DNA of 64,000 nt, from the NCBI GenBank assembly GCA_038207335.1, contig JBBQZX010000007.1:1-64000 (forward strand), read 5' to 3'. The position numbers and the translations under genes were made by a program. Each line of letters opens with the position of its first letter. The stretch's first letter is position 1. Below the pieces are notes generated by a model. The model was not told the origin of the DNA. It ran no database searches and saw only the letters and a list, made by a program, of their open reading frames with translations. This document shows positions 48,816-57,923 of this stretch, piece after piece. This DNA is from Chthoniobacterales bacterium (GTDB lineage Bacteria > Verrucomicrobiota > Verrucomicrobiia > Chthoniobacterales > Chthoniobacteraceae).

Positions 48816-49355
48816 CTAGTCGCAGAGCGCCGCGAGGATCTGCTGTTCACGCGCTCGATGCTCCGCGTCGCCCAAGACTTTTTCAGCCGCGGTCTCGCCC
48901 GACAAATCCGGCACCTCAATCCACGAGCGGCAACCGCCATATCGCGGTGCGTCGGGGAAAATCAGCGGCGGCACAAGCCGCGACACGCGGACAAACGCGA
49001 GGCTGACGCTCTGCTTTTCATCGTAACGGAAACGCTCCTCAATCACCTCATCGCGCCACAGGTGAAATGGCGCGAGCCGCCGCACGGCATCCAAGTCGGC
49101 GACCTCGCGCGTCCACTCGACGCGCGCGCGGAGACTGATTTCGAGGTCGGGCCTCTGCTCCGGCATCGCAGTCTCTGGCGGCAGCTTCAGTTTGGCGACC
49201 TGCTCGTGAAAGAGCGTGGGAAACAGCAGAAACTCGTAATGTTGAAAGCGGAAACCGGCACGCCCCTCGGCGATGCCACCTTTGCGCAAGATGATGCTCT
49301 GCGTCCCGCGCCCAAGCGCATCGCAGATGAGTGTCCATTCTTTGAAAGCAATCAT
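48816..49355 (-). CDS. DUF1802 family protein
   Basis: AFKEW...LGRGTQSIILRKGGIAEG, FLLFPTLFH, YGGCRSW. Confidence 0.85.
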   Translation of the reverse strand: MIAFKEWTLICDALGRGTQSIILRKGGIAEGRAGFRFQHYEFLLFPTLFHEQVAKLKLPPETAMPEQRPDLEISLRARVEWTREVADLDAVRRLAPFHLWRDEVIEERFRYDEKQSVSLAFVRVSRLVPPLIFPDAPRYGGCRSWIEVPDLSGETAAEKVLGDAEHRAREQQILAALCD

Positions 49356-49428
49356 GGGATTTAGGATTTAAGATTTTGGAAGTGAAGCGCCCGGCGTCTC
49401 ACTTTCTAAATCCTACTTCCTAAATCCC
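49356..49428. repeat. Heptamer (TTTAGGA) inverted-repeat element, copy 2
   Basis: GGGA TTTAGGA TTTAAGA TTTTGGA AGTGAAGCGC ... TTCTAAA TCCTACT TCCTAAA TCCC. Confidence 0.8.
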
Positions 49429-49450
49429 CACCCTCGCCCATCTTTTCGCC

Positions 49451-50149
49451 ATGCCATTCAAGATCGACCTGCACTGCCATTCCTGGTTTTCCGGCGATGG
49501 CGTGAGCAGCCCGGAGGAGATGATCGCGTCGGCGAAAAAGAAGGGGCTCCACGGCCTTGCGATCACCGATCACAACACCTGCGACGCGCACCTTTACCTC
49601 CGGGAAAGAGGGCTCGCTCGTGAGGATGGGCAACCGGTCGATGGCTTCCTCGTCATCCCCGGCGTGGAGGTGACGACCGCGGAGGGGCATCTGCTTTGCC
49701 TCGGCGTGATCCTGCCCAACCTGAAGCGCACGCCCGCCTCGGAGGTCTGCAAAATCGTGCATGAACTCGGCGGGCTCGCCATTCCGCCGCACCCGTACGA
49801 TTTGTTCCGCGCAGGCATCCGGCAGGCGGTGCTCGAGACGCTGCCGCTCGATGGGCTTGAGGTTTTCAACGCGGCGACCACTTTCAAACGCTACAATAAA
49901 AGGGCGTTCGACTTTGCGCAGGCGCATCATCTTCCCATGACCGCTGGCAGTGACGCGCACCACGAAGCGGCCGTCGGAACGGCCTATACGATCCTGCACA
50001 CGGACGAATTTTCGGTGAAGGGTATCCTCGGCCAGATCACGAAAGGCACGGAGCTGAACCAGCAATATCTCAGTCCGAAAGACGCGATCCGAAAGACCTG
50101 GAACAACTGGCTGCGCCTGCGCCGCAAACGCGTGCTGAGCGCACCGTAA
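49451..50149 (+). CDS. PHP domain metal-dependent phosphoesterase
   Basis: DLHCHS..SGDG, AITDHN, PGVEVTT..GH, PHP, GSDAH. Confidence 0.9.
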   Translation: MPFKIDLHCHSWFSGDGVSSPEEMIASAKKKGLHGLAITDHNTCDAHLYLRERGLAREDGQPVDGFLVIPGVEVTTAEGHLLCLGVILPNLKRTPASEVCKIVHELGGLAIPPHPYDLFRAGIRQAVLETLPLDGLEVFNAATTFKRYNKRAFDFAQAHHLPMTAGSDAHHEAAVGTAYTILHTDEFSVKGILGQITKGTELNQQYLSPKDAIRKTWNNWLRLRRKRVLSAP

Positions 50150-50155
50150 GTGGGA

Positions 50156-51337
50156 TCAGTGCGCTGCGTGGGCGCTGAGCCGGCCGGAGAAAATCAGCAG
50201 GCCGAACGCGACGACATGAAACGTGATGAGGATATTCGCCGCGCGCCAACCAGCGCCGTCGCCCCACATTTTTCGCTGTTTGTTCCATCGGGCAAACCAG
50301 TCGTAGGCGCACAGCAGCGCCGCGTGATACAGGCCGTAGATGAGGTATCGCGGCTCCAAGTCGCCCGACATGTGCCAGAGGCCCATAATGCCGAATGTGA
50401 GGAAGAGCCCGAGATACGAGGAGGTGTGCCGGCCCTTAAACCACTTGCCTTTTCCCGCCGCGAGCAGGAAACGCATGTAGATGTGATCGCGGAACCAGAA
50501 GGAGAGCGACATGTGCCAGCGGTTCCAGAAATCGCGGATGTTCCGGGAGATGAATGGCAGGTTGAAATTTTCCGGCGTGTGGACGCCGAAGAGGTAGCTG
50601 AGCCCAATCGCAAATGCGCTGTAGCCCGCGAAGTCGAAGAACAGGTAAAACGTGTAGGCGTACATGTAGCTCGCCATGCGGAGCGCGGTGTCGCCGTGTT
50701 CAAAGCGATCCATCCAGTAGGTCCTGATGAGCGCGGCCACGATGAACTTGTAGAAAAAGCCGCGGAAGACCCGCTGCACGGCGGTGTCGAAATCGGCGAG
50801 AAATTCTGCGCGATCACGCTTGCGATTCCAGTCGAGGCCGAAGCGCCGGTACCGGTCGATCGGCCCCGCGGAAATGGTCGGAAAGAACAATAGGTAGGCG
50901 AAGTATTGGGGCGCGGAAAGCGACTTGATCACGCCATCGTGAATGCTGAACACGACGTCCAGCGCGCGAAACGTGACATAGGAGATGCCGAGAAATCCCA
51001 GCGCGGTTTGCGGTGAAATCGCGGGCAGAAATTTCGCCACGAACAACGGCAGCACCGACAGTGTCAGCACGACACGAAATGTGCCGCGCGTTTTCCATTT
51101 CAAAAGCGCCGCCGCGAGCGCGCCCTCGAATGCGACGAAAGCGAGCGCGATCCACGCCTCCTGCACCCCGAAGCCGGGGCGGATTTCGAGGGTCTTGCCG
51201 AGGTGAATGAAAATCGCGGCCGCACTCGCGATCAAGGCCCAGCGGGCACTCGCGCGTCCGAAGAGGCCAAGCGCGACGGTGGGAACGACAAGGTAAAGCA
51301 GCAACCCGAAGTACGGGAAATCCGCGTAGGGAGTCAT
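50156..51337 (-). CDS. dltB: MBOAT O-acyltransferase most similar to DltB
   Basis: MTPYADFPYF start, FLGISYVTFR, FFPTISAGPIDRYRRF, YLFFDFAGYSAFA, FWNRWHMSLSFWFRD, MGLWH, YGLYH. Confidence 0.85.
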   Translation of the reverse strand: MTPYADFPYFGLLLYLVVPTVALGLFGRASARWALIASAAAIFIHLGKTLEIRPGFGVQEAWIALAFVAFEGALAAALLKWKTRGTFRVVLTLSVLPLFVAKFLPAISPQTALGFLGISYVTFRALDVVFSIHDGVIKSLSAPQYFAYLLFFPTISAGPIDRYRRFGLDWNRKRDRAEFLADFDTAVQRVFRGFFYKFIVAALIRTYWMDRFEHGDTALRMASYMYAYTFYLFFDFAGYSAFAIGLSYLFGVHTPENFNLPFISRNIRDFWNRWHMSLSFWFRDHIYMRFLLAAGKGKWFKGRHTSSYLGLFLTFGIMGLWHMSGDLEPRYLIYGLYHAALLCAYDWFARWNKQRKMWGDGAGWRAANILITFHVVAFGLLIFSGRLSAHAAH

Positions 51338-51402
51338 TTGAGGAGCGGTGTGTTTACCTCAAATCCCTCGCGAGCACGCGAATCTTTTAGAGTGCTGCGG
51401 AC

Positions 51403-51443
51403 AAACAAAAAAGCCCCGCGCGCGAATCGCTCGCGCGCGGGGC
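51403..51443 (-). terminator. Rho-independent terminator of the hsp20 pair
   Basis: Minus strand: GCCCCGCGCGCGA-gcgat-TCGCGCGCGGGGC-TTTTTTGTTT. Confidence 0.9.
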
Positions 51444-51463
51444 ACGGAACCGACGGTGTGGCG

Positions 51464-51841
51464 TTAAGTTACCGCGATTTTGCGCGGCTTCACGCTCTCG
51501 GCTTTGGGCAGATGAAGCGCGAGCACGCCTTGCTCTATCTTCGCGTGGATGCGAGCCGCGTCGATGGATGGATCGATCTCGAAAACGCGCCGGTAATCGA
51601 GGCCGCGCGATTCTTGGAAGAGCTCTCGTCCTTTCGTCGCGACCGGGCTGCGGTGGCCGACGATGAAGAGTTGCCCGTTCTCGACGGTGACTTCGAGGCC
51701 GTCTTTTGCGACGCCCGGCATTTCCGCCTCGAGCAGGTAGCCTTCGCTCGTCTCGAGGATATCGGCGAGCGGGGTAATATAGCTGGGATGGCGCGGAGGC
51801 ACCGGTGGAGTTTTTGACTCAGGTTTGGTCAATGTGTTCAT
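51464..51841 (-). CDS. Hsp20/alpha-crystallin small heat-shock protein
   Basis: PLADILET, AEMPGV, AKIEQGVLALHLPK, PRKIAV. Confidence 0.92.
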   Translation of the reverse strand: MNTLTKPESKTPPVPPRHPSYITPLADILETSEGYLLEAEMPGVAKDGLEVTVENGQLFIVGHRSPVATKGRELFQESRGLDYRRVFEIDPSIDAARIHAKIEQGVLALHLPKAESVKPRKIAVT

Positions 51842-51870
51842 AGGTCTGGATTGAGTTGAGAAGTGGTTGC

Positions 51871-51896
51871 CCAGCGGGCGGGTTTGCGCCCGCTGG
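51871..51896. repeat. Intercistronic 10-bp hairpin between the hsp20 genes
   Basis: CCAGCGGGCG-ggtttg-CGCCCGCTGG. Confidence 0.7.
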
Positions 51897-51906
51897 AGTT
51901 GTTGTT

Positions 51907-52368
51907 TTAGGAAACGCTGACCGCGATTTGCTTCGGTTTCGCTTCCTCCGATTTTGGCAGCACCACGCGCAGGATGCCGTCATTGTAGGTGGCCTCGACT
52001 TTCGAAGGATCGACGCTCGCCGGGAGCGTGACGCTACGCTGGAAGCAGCCGAAGAAGCGCTCGCTACGGAAGCTTTCGCCTTCCTTCTTTTCGCGTTCGT
52101 TTTTCCGCTCACCCGAGATGCTGAGGGTGCCATCTTGCAAGGTGATTTCGATGGCGTCCTTCTTCATGCCAGGCAGCTCGCAGATGACGTGGAAGTGATC
52201 GCCATCCTCGACGACATCGAGGGCGGGCGACCAGCCACTGAAGAGGCCGGTATCGCGACTCGGCCAGGTGAATTCGAACAACCGATCGACATCGTCGCGC
52301 AGCGAAGCGAGGCGATCTGGCGGCGTCCACGGAGTGAGGTCTGTTGGTTGATAACGTAGTATGTTCAT
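51907..52368 (-). CDS. Hsp20/alpha-crystallin small heat-shock protein
   Basis: WSPALDV, ELPGM, ISGERK, ERFFGCFQRS, ATYNDGILRVVLPK. Confidence 0.93.
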   Translation of the reverse strand: MNILRYQPTDLTPWTPPDRLASLRDDVDRLFEFTWPSRDTGLFSGWSPALDVVEDGDHFHVICELPGMKKDAIEITLQDGTLSISGERKNEREKKEGESFRSERFFGCFQRSVTLPASVDPSKVEATYNDGILRVVLPKSEEAKPKQIAVSVS

Positions 52369-52413
52369 GATGTTGATCTGTCAGTTTTGTTTCGCCTGAC
52401 AGATCTCGTTGGA

Positions 52414-52428
52414 GCTTCAGAAATGCCA
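52414..52428 (-). promoter_or_regulatory. Putative sigma54 (-24/-12) promoter for hsp20
   Basis: Minus strand TGGCATTTCTGAAGC gives GG-N10-GC. An IHF-like GATCAGACAGTTA lies at 52467-52479. Confidence 0.45.
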
Positions 52429-52584
52429 GTCGTCCCTACTGAGATCGATACGGATAAGATCCTGCCGATCAGACAGTTATGAATCACTAGCCTTGTCGGA
52501 TAAAATCTCCACCGCGCCGAGGTGTCGCGCGCCACATTTCGCAGTTGGGACAGCCTGTCCCCGACGAGACTTTACCTACCGCTC

Positions 52585-53568
52585 CTACTGGTCGATGAGT
52601 TGCTGGATCTGGGAGGTGTAGCCTTCGTAGGTCTTCACGATGCGCCAGCCGAGGTAGATGACGACTCCGAAGTAGATGAGCTTCGTGAACCAATCGGCGG
52701 CACTTTGGAGCCGAACCAGCGCGTCAGTTTGATAGTTGGCGGCGAGGCGGCGCAGCTCGGCGTCGAGTTCGCCGGATTCTTCACCGATGAGGATGGCGCG
52801 TGTCACCTCCTCGGGAAAAGCGCGGCTGTCCGCGAGGAGCGGGCCGACCTGCGCGCCGTTGCGAATCTCAGGAAGAGCAGCATCGACAGCGGCTCGGATG
52901 CGCCCGCTACGGCTGGCTCGCCCGGCGGCGGTGAGGGCGTCGAGGACGTTCACGCCGGCATCGAGCTCGACCTGATAGATCATGCAAAAACGCGCGATGG
53001 CAAAGCTGCGGCGGAGCTTGCCGATGACCGGGATGGCGCGCAGAAGGCGGTCGGTGCCAGGTTTCATCGCCCCGGCATCGCGCAGAAAGGGGAGCAGGAG
53101 GGCGGCGGCGAGCGCCACGCCGTAGATGATCGCGAAAATCGTGCCGGTCTGCCGCAGATACACGCCGGGGCTGCCGGTGAATAGCGCGGGCAAACCAAGC
53201 GACAGGATGCCGAAATGAAGCACGAAAATCGGGTAGAGCGATTTGCGAATCACGGTCTCGCGGGCAAACGCGAGTGCTTCGAAATAAGTCGCGAGCTGCT
53301 CGAGCCCGTGTTCGAGCTTGCCGCCCTTTTCCACCGCCGCGATCACGCTCGCCTCGGTCTGCGAGATCGCTCCGCGCTGGGCCTCGCAGGCTTCGCCGAC
53401 GGTCGCGCCTGCATCGAGTGCGCTGCGAAGCCGGTTAATGACCGAGTGGAGGGGGCCACGGGTGGTGCGCGAAAGCTTCTCGAGCGCGGAGGGGAACGTG
53501 ACTCCGGCGCGCAGGAGCTGGGCGAGGCTGTGGTAGAAGCTTTGCTTCGCGCGGAGGGGTAGCGGCAC
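52585..53568 (-). CDS. Type II secretion F / PilC platform protein
   Basis: Two T2SSF domains: LAQLLRAGV...EKGGKLE...YP and GEESGELD. Confidence 0.88.
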   Translation of the reverse strand: MPLPLRAKQSFYHSLAQLLRAGVTFPSALEKLSRTTRGPLHSVINRLRSALDAGATVGEACEAQRGAISQTEASVIAAVEKGGKLEHGLEQLATYFEALAFARETVIRKSLYPIFVLHFGILSLGLPALFTGSPGVYLRQTGTIFAIIYGVALAAALLLPFLRDAGAMKPGTDRLLRAIPVIGKLRRSFAIARFCMIYQVELDAGVNVLDALTAAGRASRSGRIRAAVDAALPEIRNGAQVGPLLADSRAFPEEVTRAILIGEESGELDAELRRLAANYQTDALVRLQSAADWFTKLIYFGVVIYLGWRIVKTYEGYTSQIQQLIDQ

Positions 53569-53620
53569 TGGAGAGAGTTCGGGGTTTCATCGCCGCGGAT
53601 CAAGGTTTAATCAGGCATGA

Positions 53621-54628
53621 ATGAACCTCGACCGCATCATGGATGCCGCGCTACAGGAGGCCGCACGCGGGATCGGGCATACGAGCCCGAATCCCGCGGT
53701 CGGCGCCGTGATCGTGCGCGGCGGGCGGATCGTTGGGCGCGGTTTTCATTGCAGGGCGGGCACGCTACACGCGGAAATCGAGGCGATCTCGGCTTTGAAA
53801 AATGCAGGGCTCGCGCGCGGCGCGACGCTCTTCGTGACGCTGGAGCCGTGCTCCACTCACGGCCGCACGCCGCCGTGCGTGGAGACGATCATTCGCGCGG
53901 GATTTTCGCATGTCGTGATCGGCGCGATCGACCCAAATCCGGCACACGCCGGACGCGGAGTGGAATTGCTTCGAGCGGCTGGGATTCATGTAACCACGGG
54001 CATTTGCGAACGTGAATGTCGCGAGATGAACGCGGCTTTCAACCGATGGATCGTGACGAGAATGCCGCTCGTGATCGCGAAGGCGGGCATGTCGCTGGAT
54101 GGCCGGCTGACTCGCCCGCCGGGAGAAAGCCAGTGGCTCACGGGCGAGGCGGCCCGGGGGGATGCGATGCAATTGCGCGCGCGAGTCGATGCGATCCTGA
54201 TCGGTGCGAATACGCTTCGGATCGACAATCCGCGCCTCACGGTGCGCGGCATTCCGGACTCACGGCAGCCTTGGCGAGTGGTGCTCACGCGGAGCGACGT
54301 GCTGCCGCGCGACGCGCATCTTTTCACGGACGAGCACCGCGAGAAGACGCTGGTCTTTCGCGGGAAGTCGCTGCGCTCGGTGCTCCGCGAACTCGGACGG
54401 AAGCAGGTCACGAGCGTGTTGATCGAGGGTGGGATGCAGGTGCTCGGCGAGGCGTTCGATCGGCGGCTCGTCGATGAAGTGCGATTTTACGTCGCGCCGA
54501 TTTTGTGCGATGGCCCGGTGCTCACGGTCGGCGGTCGGGGCGTCGGGGCTTCGATGGAAGCGCCCCTGCTGCGGGATGTTTCATATCGAAAAATCGGCGG
54601 CGATTTGTGCTTGGCGGGACGGCTGTAA
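53621..54628 (+). CDS. ribD: Riboflavin biosynthesis deaminase/reductase
   Basis: TSPNPAVGAV, HAE, TLEPCSTHGRTPPC, SLDG, DNPRLT, LIEGG. Confidence 0.95.
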   Translation: MNLDRIMDAALQEAARGIGHTSPNPAVGAVIVRGGRIVGRGFHCRAGTLHAEIEAISALKNAGLARGATLFVTLEPCSTHGRTPPCVETIIRAGFSHVVIGAIDPNPAHAGRGVELLRAAGIHVTTGICERECREMNAAFNRWIVTRMPLVIAKAGMSLDGRLTRPPGESQWLTGEAARGDAMQLRARVDAILIGANTLRIDNPRLTVRGIPDSRQPWRVVLTRSDVLPRDAHLFTDEHREKTLVFRGKSLRSVLRELGRKQVTSVLIEGGMQVLGEAFDRRLVDEVRFYVAPILCDGPVLTVGGRGVGASMEAPLLRDVSYRKIGGDLCLAGRL

Positions 54629-54650
54629 CTTCCACCGCAAGGCACGCGTC
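54624..54650 (+). promoter_or_regulatory. Possible ECF-sigma promoter for the DUF1800/DUF1501 operon
   Basis: TGTAAC-N17-CGTC, 33 nt upstream of ATG 54684. Confidence 0.3.
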
Positions 54651-54683
54651 TTTGGTCCCGAAACCCAACCCCACCAACCCTCT

Positions 54684-55217
54684 ATGAACCTCGCCGACGT
54701 CTTCACTTTCCTTTTCGTCATCCTCGGATTTCTCATCGTTTTTGTCGGCTACTGGCTGATGGCGGCGGGTCTGTTTCCGCGGTTCGTCGAGCGATGCTCG
54801 GAGCAGATCGGCAGTGCGCCGGTGAAGACGACGCTGCTCGGGCTGTCCACACTTGGTCCGATCGTGGTGATCGGGTTGACGATCAGCAGCAAGGCGCCGA
54901 ATGCGGCAGCGAAAGTCGTTGGAATCGCATTCGCTTTGCTGGCCTTGCTCGGCGCGCTTTTCGGCTCTGCGGGGCTCGCGCATCGGATCGGCGCGGGATT
55001 GCGCTCGGAGCGGGATGAGCGCGATCCATGGCGACGCAATTTGCGCGGCGGTGTGGTGCTCGCGCTGACGTTCGTAATGCCGTTTCTCGGGACGTTCGTC
55101 GTGATGCCGTTTGCGTTCGTCGCAGGCTTCGGGGCATTCGTCATTGCGGTGTTCAAACGCCGCGCGGCGGTCGTTTCCGAGCCTGCACCCGCAGCCATCC
55201 CCGCCCCGATTTTGTGA
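54684..55217 (+). CDS. Integral membrane hypothetical protein
   Basis: Five hydrophobic segments; stop overlaps the next start (GTGA). Confidence 0.75.
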   Translation: MNLADVFTFLFVILGFLIVFVGYWLMAAGLFPRFVERCSEQIGSAPVKTTLLGLSTLGPIVVIGLTISSKAPNAAAKVVGIAFALLALLGALFGSAGLAHRIGAGLRSERDERDPWRRNLRGGVVLALTFVMPFLGTFVVMPFAFVAGFGAFVIAVFKRRAAVVSEPAPAAIPAPIL

Positions 55218-56776
55218 ACTTCTCGCGTCGAACATTTCTCACGCTCGGCGCGGGCGCGCTCGCCGGAATCGGCGCGGGCTGCGATCCGAAGCGGGCGCGC
55301 ACGGACATCTGGCGCAGGATCGGCAAGCCGACCGCAATGCCGATGGATGGCTCGCTCAAAGCTCCCGCTGGCACGGAAATCGACGAGGTTTCTCACGCGA
55401 TTTCGCGCCTCACTTTCGGCGCGCGCGCCGGGGAATATGCACGCGTCGCCGCGATGGGGACGCCCGCTTTTCTCGATGAGCAACTCGCACCGGAGACGAT
55501 TGACGACTGGCAGTGCGAGCGGGTGATTCGCCACGAATTCGACGAGCTCGGAGAACCAGCGAGTCGCTTCTTTCAACGGAAGGCAAACCTCACAGATCCG
55601 CTCCAGCAGATGTTTCCCGGGCTGCGGACGGGCGGGGCACGCGTCGGCGATTTGTATGAATTCAAAGAGAAAGTGCTGCTCAGCGACCTGACGCGCGCGA
55701 CGATTTTGCGCGCGGTTTTGAGCAAGCGGCAGCTCTTCGAGGTGATGGTCGGATTCTGGAGCGACCACTTTAACATCGACCCCTCAAAGGCGGAGTGTAA
55801 GTGGCTGAAGACTGCCGACGATCGCGATGTGATCCGGGGTCACGCGCTCGGGAATTTCCGCGAGATGGTGCGGGCGAGCGCGCTGAGCCCGGCGATGCTA
55901 TGGTATCTCGACGGACGCGTGAACCGGAGCAAAGACGCGACCGAGAAGCCGAATGAAAATTACGCGCGCGAGCTGATGGAGCTGCACACGCTCGGCGTGC
56001 ACGGTGGCTACACGCAGCAGGATGTGATGGAGGTCGCGCGCTGCCTGACGGGCTGGACCGTGCGCGACCAGAAAAAGTTCTTCAAAGGGCGCGTGGAATT
56101 TCACGTGGACCTGCACGACGACGGTGCGAAGCGGCTGCTCGACGTGGACATCCCGGCAGGTGGCGGCGCGCGCGATCTTGACCGTCTGCTCGACATCGTG
56201 GCGCTGCATCCGAGCACCGCGCGGCACATCGCGTGGAAGCTGTGCCGGCGCTTCATCGCGGACGAGCCTCCGGTCGCGGCGATCGATGCGACGGCGCGCG
56301 CGTTCACCGAATCGAAGGGGGATATCTGCACGACTTTGCGCGCGCTTTTTACGACGCCGGAGTTTCGCGCGCCGGAGTTTCGCGCGGTGAAATTCAAGCG
56401 TCCGCTGCATTTCGTCGTGTCGGCGCTGCGGGCATCGAATGCGGAGACGAATGCGTCGAACGAACTCGTCCAACTGCTGCTGCGGCTCGGTCAAGCGCCG
56501 TTCCGGTATCCGACTCCCGACGGATACCCGGAGGAGGCATCGCACTGGCAGAGCACGCTGCTGTGGAGGTGGAATTTCGCGGCGGCTCTCGCGCAAAATG
56601 ACATCAAGGGAACGAGCGTGGATTTCGAGAAACTGAGCGGCGCGCTCGGCGGGGACGAGGCGGTGATGGCGACGTTTTTAGGACGGCTTCCTGGCGAAGC
56701 GGAGCGCGCGGCTTTTCACGCGTCCGGATCGGGGCTCGCGTTGCTGGTGGCCTCTCCGGCGTTTCAGCGGTGCTGA
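55214..56776 (+). CDS. DUF1800 family protein with Tat/lipoprotein signal
   Basis: SRRTFL Tat motif then GAGC; RLTFGAR, FWSDHFN, PAMLWYLD, NENYARELMELHTLG, PTPDGYP, SPAFQ. Confidence 0.9.
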   Translation: MNFSRRTFLTLGAGALAGIGAGCDPKRARTDIWRRIGKPTAMPMDGSLKAPAGTEIDEVSHAISRLTFGARAGEYARVAAMGTPAFLDEQLAPETIDDWQCERVIRHEFDELGEPASRFFQRKANLTDPLQQMFPGLRTGGARVGDLYEFKEKVLLSDLTRATILRAVLSKRQLFEVMVGFWSDHFNIDPSKAECKWLKTADDRDVIRGHALGNFREMVRASALSPAMLWYLDGRVNRSKDATEKPNENYARELMELHTLGVHGGYTQQDVMEVARCLTGWTVRDQKKFFKGRVEFHVDLHDDGAKRLLDVDIPAGGGARDLDRLLDIVALHPSTARHIAWKLCRRFIADEPPVAAIDATARAFTESKGDICTTLRALFTTPEFRAPEFRAVKFKRPLHFVVSALRASNAETNASNELVQLLLRLGQAPFRYPTPDGYPEEASHWQSTLLWRWNFAAALAQNDIKGTSVDFEKLSGALGGDEAVMATFLGRLPGEAERAAFHASGSGLALLVASPAFQRC

Positions 56777-56780
56777 TTTT

Positions 56781-57923
56781 ATGAACGCTCCACAGGCTCT
56801 CATCACCGGCAATGGCGACGCGCGGCAGACGCTCATCGTCGTGTTTCTGCGCGGCGCGGCGGACGGGCTTTCGCTCGTGCCGCCGATCGAGGACGACGCG
56901 TATTACAAAGCGCGCCCACGCATCGGCATCCCAAAAAACGAGGCGGTAAAGCTCAACGGATTTTTCGGCCTTCATCCGAATCTCGCGCCCCTGTCGCCGG
57001 CATTCGCGGAGGGTGATCTCGCAATCATCCACAGCGCGGGATCGGAGGATCAGACGCGCTCGCATTTTGAAGCGCAGGACTTGATGGAGCACGGCGGCGT
57101 CGCGGCTGGCGGCTGGCTCGGGCGTTTTCTACGCGCGCGTCCGGCTCCGGCGAGCGGCGCGCTCGCTTGCGTGGCAGTGGGAAAGGCGCTCCCGGAATGC
57201 CTCCTCGGCGCGCCGACGGTGACCGTCATGCAGACGCTCAACGACTTTGCGCTCGGCGCAAAATCGCCCGCGCTGCGGCCCGAGCTCGAGCGGCTCTACG
57301 CGATGGAAACTGGCCAACTCGGCATCAGCGCGCGCGATACTTTCGACGCGCTCCTCCGGATCGACGCGATGCGCACGACACCCTACGAACCGGCGAATGG
57401 CGCGGCGTACGACACGGACGAATTTTCCGACGGGCTGCGCCAACTCGCGCGACTCATCAAGGCGGACGTCGGGCTCGAAGCCGCGTCGATCGACATCGAC
57501 GGTTGGGACTCGCACTTCACGCAGCAGACGCTGCTCCCGCCGCTCGTGGCAAAGCTCGCGACCGGACTCGCGGCGTTCCGAAAAGACCTCGGAGCGCGCA
57601 TGGCCACGACGACGGTCGTCGTAATGACCGAGTTCGGCCGCACCGTGCAGGAGAATTCCGCGTTTGGCACCGATCACGGACGTGGCGGCGCGATGTTCGT
57701 GATGGGCGGCGGCGTGCGCGGCGGCAAAGTCCACGGCGAATGGCGTGGCCTCGGCGAGCTGGAAAAGCGCGGGCTCAGCGACAGCTACGCCGACCTCCCG
57801 GTGCGCAATAACTACCGCAACATCCTCGCCCCGATCCTCCAGCGCCACGGTGCAGCATCAGAGCAACTCGCCTCGATCTTCCCAAATTTCGCGCTGACTC
57901 CGCTCGGAATCTACGCCGCCTAA
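56781..57923 (+). CDS. DUF1501 family protein
   Basis: VFLRGAADGLS, FGLHP, RSHFEAQ, GWLGR, GWDSH, MTEFGRT..EN..GTDHG. Confidence 0.9.
   Translation: MNAPQALITGNGDARQTLIVVFLRGAADGLSLVPPIEDDAYYKARPRIGIPKNEAVKLNGFFGLHPNLAPLSPAFAEGDLAIIHSAGSEDQTRSHFEAQDLMEHGGVAAGGWLGRFLRARPAPASGALACVAVGKALPECLLGAPTVTVMQTLNDFALGAKSPALRPELERLYAMETGQLGISARDTFDALLRIDAMRTTPYEPANGAAYDTDEFSDGLRQLARLIKADVGLEAASIDIDGWDSHFTQQTLLPPLVAKLATGLAAFRKDLGARMATTTVVVMTEFGRTVQENSAFGTDHGRGGAMFVMGGGVRGGKVHGEWRGLGELEKRGLSDSYADLPVRNNYRNILAPILQRHGAASEQLASIFPNFALTPLGIYAA

Noticed and set aside
51371..51398. CIRCE-like AGCACGC...GAGTGCT near hsp20
   Set aside because: The spacer is 10 nt rather than 9, the TTA/TAA ends are absent, and it lies downstream of the hsp20 genes beyond their terminator.
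53569..53620. FMN riboswitch upstream of ribD
   Set aside because: The intergenic gap is only about 50 nt and lacks RFN conserved sequences.
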